The notes under the pieces are model-generated. The model ran no database searches and was not told the DNA's origin. It worked only from the letters and a program-made list of their open reading frames with translations. From positions 20,979 through 84,978 of IMG/VR virus record IMGVR_UViG_3300050343_000256: a stretch of DNA of 64,000 bases. One strand, 5' to 3'. Within the stretch, counting starts at the first letter, position 1. Each line of letters starts with the position of its first letter. A program made the position numbers and the translations under genes. The stretch comes from a virus. Shown here piece after piece: positions 38,473 through 45,816 of this stretch.

Positions 38473-39008
38473 TAAAAGAATCCTCCTTGTGCGAAGACAT
38501 GAACTCGAGTAGAGGAGCTGGGTGCGGTTAGCGCAGCACTTACTCCTACGTATAAAACTGCACCAGATGGGACATATAAACCGGTATTCTTCTTGTCTGT
38601 CTCTGAAGCGAACGTCGTCGTCGTTGCAGCGGGTCCTGCCAAGTTAGGGACAGGAACGCTTAGTGGCGGGAGTGAAATATTAGTACGCTCGCCAGCAGCA
38701 CTTGAGCTAATTGCATTACTGGCGACTACGACTGTATTGGCAGAAGTAATAGATGACGCTGAACCCGCAATACTTAGAAAAACAAGAACATGAGCTGCTG
38801 TAGTACTAGCCTCATTGGACATAATTGACAAACTGTCAACTACTGCACCATCATTGCTCAAACAATCAACAAGTAAGACACAGCCGCCTCCGTTTGGAGT
38901 GTTGTAGTCCGTAGCTGTGGTCAGTGCTGCCGCGCCGCCGAGCGTTGCGAACGAATGCAGCGGTCTGTCAACCAGCAGCGGCATCTTATTAGAACTACTG
39001 GTTGCCAA
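38472..39008 (-). CDS. structural hypothetical protein
   Basis: NKMPLLVDRP...AQGGFF; beta-rich. Confidence 0.65.
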   Translation of the reverse strand: MATSSSNKMPLLVDRPLHSFATLGGAAALTTATDYNTPNGGGCVLLVDCLSNDGAVVDSLSIMSNEASTTAAHVLVFLSIAGSASSITSANTVVVASNAISSSAAGERTNISLPPLSVPVPNLAGPAATTTTFASETDKKNTGLYVPSGAVLYVGVSAALTAPSSSTRVHVFAQGGFF

Positions 39009-39060
39009 GGCATCTCCTCTTCTTTAACTATGTTACTTAATTGATTCGATCGATATTTAA

Positions 39061-39567
39061 TCAAGCAGGTCGTTTCTTGCCGCCTCTTGGTTCATTACGT
39101 CGTGCACCTGTACCGAATGCTGACATTCCAGTATTCATTCCACGAGGCGGATCCATAGACCTAGGAGTGCTCATCTCAGAGCCAGGACCTGGTGTCTGAA
39201 GAAAGTTTGGTTTGTCAACATCTTTTGCTATTTTTGATCCATAGCCGTAACCGCCCCACTGGGTAGGACGCTTATAAGTGGGACCTTGGGCTCGCTCTAT
39301 CCGCTCAGCATCACCGTAAGGATTGCGACTGAATACAACGTCAGCATCGGACTCACTATTAGGAGCGAACCGAGAAGCAACAGGAGTGAATGTCTGATAG
39401 TTGGTGGGATTATTAGGAACACCATCTTTAGTTGCTGAGAAAAAATCCTGAGCCTCCTTATGGCCTTTTGCATCCATGTACCACTCATTTATCCGAGCTT
39501 GGCGCTTAGGCCCTTCACGGTTCTTGAAGAAGTCGGTGCTTGAATAATTTCGCTTTGAATTAGCCAT
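39061..39567 (-). CDS. hypothetical protein
   Basis: 168-aa ORF in operon. Confidence 0.6.
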   Translation of the reverse strand: MANSKRNYSSTDFFKNREGPKRQARINEWYMDAKGHKEAQDFFSATKDGVPNNPTNYQTFTPVASRFAPNSESDADVVFSRNPYGDAERIERAQGPTYKRPTQWGGYGYGSKIAKDVDKPNFLQTPGPGSEMSTPRSMDPPRGMNTGMSAFGTGARRNEPRGGKKRPA

Positions 39568-39570
39568 GAT

Positions 39571-40392
39571 TTAAAAAAGACGTTCAGCTTCTGCTGCGTT
39601 CTGAAAATGCTTTCTCATTGTTTCTCGAAGCGTATTCATTCCATTGAGCCCAGGAATGCTTTGAGCTTCTGGGTTTTGCAGCTCACTAGTCTTTTGATTA
39701 TTGCTCTCGGTAATCCGCCCCGTGCCGCCCATGATCGCTGCGGCATTCTTTATTGCTGCTGCCTGGTCTGCGCCTGCGGTCATGCCGTTTGCAAGAACGC
39801 TATTGGCATCACCTGAACCCTCACCTTCGTATGAGTTGCCGAACTTCTTGTTGTATTCACGCATCGCCAAAGCTGGATTGGCCTTAGCCCAAGTCTCCAT
39901 GGGGCTGCCCTTTTCGTAGCCAAGGGCCTCGATGATTTCGGGATTAGCGCCAATACCAGCTTGACGTTGCTGAGTATTGAACTGGGCTAGTCCAGCGGCA
40001 TCACCGCCGTAGCTGTTGGTCCTGGCAGCTTCGAGGATTGCCTTACCTTCATCAGTACTCCAGATGTCAGCACCTGGGGCGTACTGCTGCCTCATTGAGG
40101 TCAGCGCAGAATCACTGGAGTTGGCATCGTCACTGCGAACTGGAGGTTTTAAATCATTAGGAGGTGCTGGCTTGTCAAATTCAGCAGCTAGACGCTTAAT
40201 CGCATCCATGTCCAGGTCAGCGCCCTGGTCGTCACGGCCCGAAGAGTCGAGTACCGCCTCTGTCGGAGAAACCGGCTTAACAGGTTTTTGCCTGTTAGTG
40301 CGTGAGTACCCGTCAGGGTTGCGATTATTTATGCCGCCGCTAATGGCGTCAAAAATTTCACCAAGTAATGTGCGGCTATACCGTTCTGCCAT
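39571..40392 (-). CDS. hypothetical protein
   Basis: 273-aa ORF; WAKANPALAMR. Confidence 0.6.
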   Translation of the reverse strand: MAERYSRTLLGEIFDAISGGINNRNPDGYSRTNRQKPVKPVSPTEAVLDSSGRDDQGADLDMDAIKRLAAEFDKPAPPNDLKPPVRSDDANSSDSALTSMRQQYAPGADIWSTDEGKAILEAARTNSYGGDAAGLAQFNTQQRQAGIGANPEIIEALGYEKGSPMETWAKANPALAMREYNKKFGNSYEGEGSGDANSVLANGMTAGADQAAAIKNAAAIMGGTGRITESNNQKTSELQNPEAQSIPGLNGMNTLRETMRKHFQNAAEAERLF

Positions 40393-40395
40393 GAG

Positions 40396-40881
40396 TTACC
40401 TCCAGTTCATTGATCCTTGGGCTTGCATCACTCGAGTGCCCACGGCAGTGTCTGCGGGGCCTGGTACGGACATGATGAATTCCGAACCAGCTCTGTCGTA
40501 GGCGTAGCGCCTAACTTCATCGCGGCGATAATTAGCCACGTACAAGACTTCGGCGAGACGATCACACTCACGTGTGTAAATCTCCCAGTAATCTTTGTCC
40601 GCTTTTAACGGCTCGGACTGGAAGATTGCACGATCCGTGTCACCCGTAATGCGCTCGACACGACTGGGCTGTGGCTGATCTTCAACGCGAAAAACCTGCG
40701 AAACCTTAAAAGATTTATCGCAGCGATCCATGTGTTCCAGGATGCGCGAATAGAAATAACTATCCGGCACTCTGGCCATCGCCTCTTCCAGACGGGCAAT
40801 ATCACCCGCCGGGAGGTTAGCTCCGACGTTGTATCCCAAATGGAAGCGACAACGGCTTTTGTCGTAGTCGTTGAGCTCCAA
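40396..40881 (-). CDS. putative head completion/adaptor protein
   Basis: DKSRCRFHLGY N-terminus, helical; lies downstream of the capsid genes. Confidence 0.55.
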   Translation of the reverse strand: MELNDYDKSRCRFHLGYNVGANLPAGDIARLEEAMARVPDSYFYSRILEHMDRCDKSFKVSQVFRVEDQPQPSRVERITGDTDRAIFQSEPLKADKDYWEIYTRECDRLAEVLYVANYRRDEVRRYAYDRAGSEFIMSVPGPADTAVGTRVMQAQGSMNWR

Positions 40882-40916
40882 TGTTATTCAGCGACCTTTC
40901 AGTAATTCTATGCGAA

Positions 40917-41348
40917 TCAGTCGATGTAAATTAAGTCAGCTCCGATCACCTCGTCCCAGTCGACACGACCGATCTTTTTAAGCTGCTCAAGATTCTTGAA
41001 TCGTTCGCCAGGAAGAGACAACCTCAGCTCAACAATCTTCTTAGCCGTTGCGTAGCCGATGCCTTTGACATGCTTGGCGATACCTTCAGCAGTACCGAGA
41101 TTGAGATTCAATCTCGTGTCGGAAGGAATGATTGTTTCGGGAAGCTTGTCTTCGTCTACTTCGACCTCTGCACTCTGAGGTTCGATTGAGACTCCAGTTC
41201 TACCTTTCCCCGCCTCGTAGCCGACTAAGTCAGCAAGAGCTACATAAGCAACTGCCCCGCTGGAGTTCTTCACCATTGCCCACTCTTTGTCGTGGTGTGA
41301 AATGAACTCGACCAACTGGCCAGTCTTGGTGTTTTGAAACAGCGCCAT
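40917..41348 (-). CDS. helix-hairpin-helix (ComEA-like) DNA-binding protein
   Basis: LNLNLGTAE.IA..VKGIG.ATAKKIVELR....F.NLEQL. Confidence 0.8.
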   Translation of the reverse strand: MALFQNTKTGQLVEFISHHDKEWAMVKNSSGAVAYVALADLVGYEAGKGRTGVSIEPQSAEVEVDEDKLPETIIPSDTRLNLNLGTAEGIAKHVKGIGYATAKKIVELRLSLPGERFKNLEQLKKIGRVDWDEVIGADLIYID

Positions 41349-41354
41349 ACATGC

Positions 41355-41389
41355 AATAAAAGAGGGCGGCTGGTGGCCCAGACGCCCTC
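41355..41389 (-). terminator. terminator of the capsid operon
   Basis: minus strand GAGGGCGTCTGG-gcca-CCAGCCGCCCTC-TTTTATT. Confidence 0.75.
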
Positions 41390-41412
41390 ATACTAGAGAA
41401 AAGATTTGAGAA

Positions 41413-42060
41413 TCAGCTCTCAGTCAAGTAAGGCAGCATCGTGTTATCGGCGCTGGCTACTTCGTCATCGAGATAGTACGAGACTTCACAGATGATTGGA
41501 GTGCCGCCAGATGCAGTAGAGCTCAGAGTGTTAGAGCTGGCTACGTTGCCTGCGGATGTGCAGAGGAACACTTTCAGCGTCAGATCGCTGGAAAGAGTTG
41601 CACCTGCAGCGCTGCTTGCTCGGCCAGTGCCAGGAGCAATAGTTGTACTTGCAACGGTCAATGAAGCGGCCACAGTACCGAGAGCGGTAGCGGCGATTTG
41701 ACCAGTTGCAGTTGCAGTTGCAGCTGAAGCAAGCTTCAAGGTCTCGGTGTTAGTGCCAACGAGACCAGAAGTTGCAGTGCCTACGCCTTTTTCTTTGCGA
41801 GTGTCAGACACACGCAGTCCAAGGGAATAAACAGTTGCGCCCTGAGGCACAGTCAGTCCAGTGATGTCAGGGCGAACCTTGTCATCAGCACGCATGTCGG
41901 GGCTAGGGATGACAACGTCGAATGACGCTGCACCAGTAGAACCAACGAGCGCATAACCAACCTTGTGGTAGTACACACGGCCAGGAACGGCTACAACAGG
42001 CTGACCCTGGTAGCTACTCAGATCGGTAACCCAGTTACCGGGGAAAATTTTCTTTGCCAT
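41413..42060 (-). CDS. putative capsid decoration/minor capsid protein
   Basis: Ala/Thr/Ser-rich beta protein right after the MCP, with a strong AGGAG RBS. Confidence 0.65.
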   Translation of the reverse strand: MAKKIFPGNWVTDLSSYQGQPVVAVPGRVYYHKVGYALVGSTGAASFDVVIPSPDMRADDKVRPDITGLTVPQGATVYSLGLRVSDTRKEKGVGTATSGLVGTNTETLKLASAATATATGQIAATALGTVAASLTVASTTIAPGTGRASSAAGATLSSDLTLKVFLCTSAGNVASSNTLSSTASGGTPIICEVSYYLDDEVASADNTMLPYLTES

Positions 42061-42076
42061 TGTTTAGTTACTCCTA

Positions 42077-42523
42077 TCAATAAACGAAGGAATAAGCAAT
42101 GGTGATGAAGTCGCGGTTAAGCACTTCAAAACCAGCAAACAGCGACCAGATCATGATGATGAATCGTGAGAAATCATCATTGTTGTTCAACAAGATCTGA
42201 GCGTTGTTACCACCAATGCCAACGCCGACTGCCTGAGGACCGAAGAAAATCATCGGAGCAGCAGTGGTCACCGTGTTGGTGATCGATGCGTCGTTAACAG
42301 TTACTTGCAGAGATTTCTCAGCAAGGTTGGTGGATTCAAACCAGCGAACTCCCTCAAATAGGAATCCCGTAGGCATGATTGGCTGTCCAGCCACGAAACC
42401 AGCCTGTCCGTAAGCGGGACCCATGCCATAGAAGAAGTTGGCATTAGGAGCCTGCTCAGGTTGCAGGGGGTTGACCATGCCATTACCCGCGTAGCGAGCA
42501 ATTTCACGGAAGGCGTCATTCTG
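42077..42523 (-). CDS. major capsid protein exon 3 (148 aa, QNDAFREIARY...AYSFVY)
   Basis: in frame with exon 2 after removal of intron 2; GFLFEGVRWFES, FFGPQAVG and DDFSR capsid-like motifs. Confidence 0.9.
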   Translation of the reverse strand, partial: QNDAFREIARYAGNGMVNPLQPEQAPNANFFYGMGPAYGQAGFVAGQPIMPTGFLFEGVRWFESTNLAEKSLQVTVNDASITNTVTTAAPMIFFGPQAVGVGIGGNNAQILLNNNDDFSRFIIMIWSLFAGFEVLNRDFITIAYSFVY

Positions 42524-42779
42524 CAGTGTTGTTATCCCAGAAGCTCTTTATCTCCTGGTTCTCAATCTTTGTCATCGATTGAGCTCAGACTATATCTTCA
42601 TCCCTGTGGGATGGAGGGCACTCGTGGATCCATTACTGAGTTTCCTCTCGGGATCTAGTCGTTGAACCTTCCAGATTGTGATCTGGCTTGGCTGCTGATT
42701 CCCCGAATGTGTGAAGGGGTCCCAGCAATTCACCCTCTGTTCACCCGGCTGTTACCAACCGAGGGCGCAAGAATCGTTT
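42524..42779 (-). ncRNA. group I intron 2 (256 nt, no ORF) in the major capsid gene
   Basis: P AAUUGCUGGG, Q AAUCAGCAG, R GUUCAACGACUA, S AAGAUAUAGUC; exon ends in U (CGU) pairing GCGU/GCGC; terminal G; P10 AUUCU/AGAAU. Confidence 0.93.
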
Positions 42780-43457
42780 ACGCAGGTGCATCATTGCAGT
42801 TGGATCTGCAATGCAACGGTAATAACCATCAGCAAAGGTTGGGACGTTGCGCTTCCGCATGTCCTTAACAACCTGCAGCAAGTCTGTCTTTACGTCAAAC
42901 TTGGCTGATTCACCGGCTGCGTAGTTAAGGAACGGAGCGGCGGATGCCTTGGTTTTGCCGAGTGGGTAGTAATAACCACCAGCATTATCGCTAGCAGGAC
43001 CAGCAGCTTCTGCTTTGAAAAGTTCGTCAGCAAAAACGCGATCACGCCAACGGCGGTAATCGTCCAACAGTGTCAGTGAACCGATTGACTGGTGGAAGAC
43101 GTTCAGGTTGCCGGTATCAAGCAGCAAGCGCTGAGCGGTGAGCAGAGTTTCACGAGCAACCTTAAAGGTCGAAGGTGAAGTTGCATCGGTAGGGTCTGCA
43201 GGTCCGGTGTATTCCTTGAGGTTCACCAGAACCTTGTCTTTAACAATAGAGCGGCTAGATGCTGTGCCCAAAGTTTGATCAGCAGTGCGCTCACGGGAAT
43301 CCTTGTTACCAGGATTGCCCCAGAAGCGGTAGCGATCAAGTTGGACAGTCTGACCGGGTTGCTTCGCGAAATCGTGAACAACCACAGGCTCTACGGCCAT
43401 CTCGATGATATAACCGGGATGTGGGCGGTAGAGCTCAGCACCTAGCAGCTTAGGGAA
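42780..43457 (-). CDS. major capsid protein exon 2 (226 aa, FPKLLGAELY...AMMHLR)
   Basis: open frame between the two introns; HDFAKQPGQTVQLDRY capsid N-terminal pattern. Confidence 0.9.
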
Positions 43458-43667
43458 CGTGTATATCCACTGCTTTCGCAGGGCACCGACTATATCTTCA
43501 CCTTTAAAAGGGCTGGACGCTTAATCCTGTTATTAAGGAGACTTTACTCCTCAGGTAGTCTGTGAACGTTCCTTAGGTGTACCCAAGGCTTCGCTGCTGA
43601 TTGCCATATCTTTCGACTTAGGGTTCCAGCAATTCATCCAGTTTTACAACGACCAGGTGTTTTACCA
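43458..43667 (-). ncRNA. group I intron 1 (210 nt, no ORF) in the major capsid gene
   Basis: P AAUUGCUGGAA, Q AAUCAGCAG, R GUUCACAGACUA, S AAGAUAUAGUC; P1 AACGAU/GUCGUU with U-G at the splice site; P3 CUGGAUG/CGUCCAG; P9 CUGC-GAAA-GCAG; terminal G. Confidence 0.93.
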
Positions 43668-43685
43668 ATCGTTATCAATCCACAT
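43668..43685 (-). CDS. major capsid protein exon 1 (MWIDND)
   Basis: ATG preceded by GAGGA; joins exon 2 in frame after splicing. Confidence 0.85.
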
Positions 43686-43769
43686 GGATCGAAATTCCTC
43701 AGCTGTAAGGGTTTATAAGCACATCGTTGTGCTTCTTATTACTATAAGGGTGTTCTATAGGGAGCAAAT

Positions 43770-44477
43770 TTGGACGTAGTTGATGTCCGTGGATTACTTG
43801 GTCTTCTTTTAACCGATGGGAGTCTTGTCCCATATCGCACTCCTGGCGGTGGTTATATTCAGTTGACTCTTACAACAGGGATCAAGCAGTCGACATTTCT
43901 CGAGGAGAAGGTTGCAGAATTTAAGCAATTTCTACCTTCAAAAGCTGTAATTACTCCCTACAGGAGTTCTCCTAGGGCTAACGGCAAGCAGACGTTGGTT
44001 CTAAGGTTTCGAGTTTCGACCGACAAGCTCCGCCCTGTGTACAACTTGCTTTATCCATGTGGAGAGCGATTAATCAATCAGACGGCTCTCGACTTGTTAG
44101 GAGCAAGCGCTGCAGCATGGTGCTGGGCGCAAGGCGCTCGAGTTCACAAAGACATGAGCTCTGAGCTATCCCGCGTTGGCAATACATACGTAGAAGGCGC
44201 ACGACTGCAAGCATGGTTCGAGATGTTGACCGGCGCAGAGTCAGATCTCAGAGATCACAGGCAGAAGCCACGTCTATATTTCAAGCCGGGAGAGACCAAG
44301 AAGGTGCAAGACGCACTAATAAATTATGCGCCATCAAGTCGACTACATCTATTTACCGGAGTAACCCCAGATGTCAGCTCAATTCGTAGCTCGCGCACTG
44401 AGTTATTGCATGGGAGTGGGATCGATATCTTTAAAAGGGAGACGGCAAAGGCCTTGGCTTCAGATCGTAAGGAGTGA
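43770..44477 (+). CDS. free-standing double-motif LAGLIDADG protein (I-SceI-like), motif 2 degenerate
   Basis: LLGLLLTDGSL motif 1; YNLLYP; AAAWCWAQG in place of LAYWFMDDG. Confidence 0.8.
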   Translation: MDVVDVRGLLGLLLTDGSLVPYRTPGGGYIQLTLTTGIKQSTFLEEKVAEFKQFLPSKAVITPYRSSPRANGKQTLVLRFRVSTDKLRPVYNLLYPCGERLINQTALDLLGASAAAWCWAQGARVHKDMSSELSRVGNTYVEGARLQAWFEMLTGAESDLRDHRQKPRLYFKPGETKKVQDALINYAPSSRLHLFTGVTPDVSSIRSSRTELLHGSGIDIFKRETAKALASDRKE

Positions 44478-44958
44478 GACAGAGCGTCCCTACTTAAGTC
44501 ATCAGCTAAAACAGCTGCGAGAAGCTCACTTAGGTGCGCTGGAATTTGACCTGGACGTACTTCCTTGCGACGGCTTTTACGATGACGTTCGCCTGCGAGT
44601 CAGGAGTGACGAGCTATACCGAGCCTATGAATTGATGTACCCACGAGACAAGAAAGTGGTAACGCCTCAAATTGTCGGATTAACCGGAATCGTAGGGATG
44701 TCAGCGCTGTGGTCAGACAGAGGCAGGATCGTCGGTAAAACAGCAAAGATCAGATCACGACTAACGCCAGAAGCGAACATAGCTTTGGTCGATTGGTGCA
44801 ATAGCCACGGCTTCGAGAGCAAACACATCGCAAGACTGGACCGCAGCTACGGAGTCCAGTTCACTCCAGACGCAACTCGGAAATTTATTAGCGCCATACG
44901 GCCACACACGCACAAGATCATGAGAAAGACTTTTAAACAGGCTTCTTCTCGTCGATAA
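44371..44958 (+). CDS. second LAGLIDADG-like protein, degenerate
   Basis: ALSYCMGVGSI motif 1 lacks the acidic residue; YELMYPRDKKVV; MSALWSDRG motif 2; FISAIRPH. Confidence 0.7.
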   Translation: MSAQFVARALSYCMGVGSISLKGRRQRPWLQIVRSETERPYLSHQLKQLREAHLGALEFDLDVLPCDGFYDDVRLRVRSDELYRAYELMYPRDKKVVTPQIVGLTGIVGMSALWSDRGRIVGKTAKIRSRLTPEANIALVDWCNSHGFESKHIARLDRSYGVQFTPDATRKFISAIRPHTHKIMRKTFKQASSRR

Positions 44959-45112
44959 GATAAACGGGCTCCGAAGAAGAACTACGTCAGGAGCTCATAC
45001 ATGACATTCCAGGAGTTCGGGTTTTTGTAGTTTCAACGGACTGGCAACTGATCTGCCCCGCGTTCGGCCAATGTGGGGGTGGCACCTGGAAGATTTCTCT
45101 TACTTTTTGCGC

Positions 45113-45307
45113 ATGACTGACAGCCAAGAATGCACCGATGGCTTCTGCCCAGCGACAAGGCCCGTCGCAGAGAAGGATCCTAAGGATGTCTTTTTTCAGC
45201 CGATCACGGAAGAAAAAGCAAAGTCTGAGCCGAACATGCATGAAAAATTTATTCAGTTTTGCGACGACAATCCCAATGATGTCGAATGCAGGCTGTTTGA
45301 CGTATAG
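45113..45307 (+). CDS. cp12: CP12-like protein (C-terminal domain)
   Basis: FIQFCDDNPNDVECRLFDV matches the CP12 C-terminal Cx8C; start placed at ATG 45113. Confidence 0.75.
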   Translation: MTDSQECTDGFCPATRPVAEKDPKDVFFQPITEEKAKSEPNMHEKFIQFCDDNPNDVECRLFDV

Positions 45308-45355
45308 TCCTTTTTTGTTTTTCTTAGACTGACGCAATAACTTAGTTGCGGCAGA

Positions 45356-45796
45356 ATGGCTGTCTTTAATAAACTCAATGGCTTTGTCGAGCACTTGAGT
45401 GAGGGAGTTCACAACCTCGGCAGCGATCAACTCGTGCTCGCACTGAGTAATGTTGCCCCAGCTTCAGAGACAACTCCACCTTCATCTACTACCGCTGGCT
45501 GTGTCTTAGCAAACGTCACTGAAATCAGCTACGTCGGACTCAGCTCACGAGATCTAACAACGACAAGCTCAGCTCAGTCATCAGGTACTTATCGGCTGGT
45601 ACTTGACGATCTAACTCTTAGCTCCACGGGCACTGTTGGACCTTTCCGGTACATCTATCTCTACAACACCACGCCAGTCAGTCCAGCAGACCCGCTGATT
45701 GGCTTTTTCGATTACGGAGCAAACCTCACCCTTAATACGGGTGAGAGCTTGACAATCGACTTTGACCAAGCGTCAGGCGCAATCACTCTGGGTTGA
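45356..45796 (+). CDS. phage tail-associated structural protein
   Basis: GPFRYIYLYN...LIGFFDYG..LTL..GES.TIDF. Confidence 0.7.
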   Translation: MAVFNKLNGFVEHLSEGVHNLGSDQLVLALSNVAPASETTPPSSTTAGCVLANVTEISYVGLSSRDLTTTSSAQSSGTYRLVLDDLTLSSTGTVGPFRYIYLYNTTPVSPADPLIGFFDYGANLTLNTGESLTIDFDQASGAITLG

Positions 45797-45816
45797 TCCA
45801 CCGTTAGAGGTTAAGT

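Noticed and set aside
42077-43400. Treating 42741-43400 and 42077-42478 as two genes or as a capsid pseudogene
   Set aside because: The intervening DNA has complete group I cores, and exact removal restores one reading frame.
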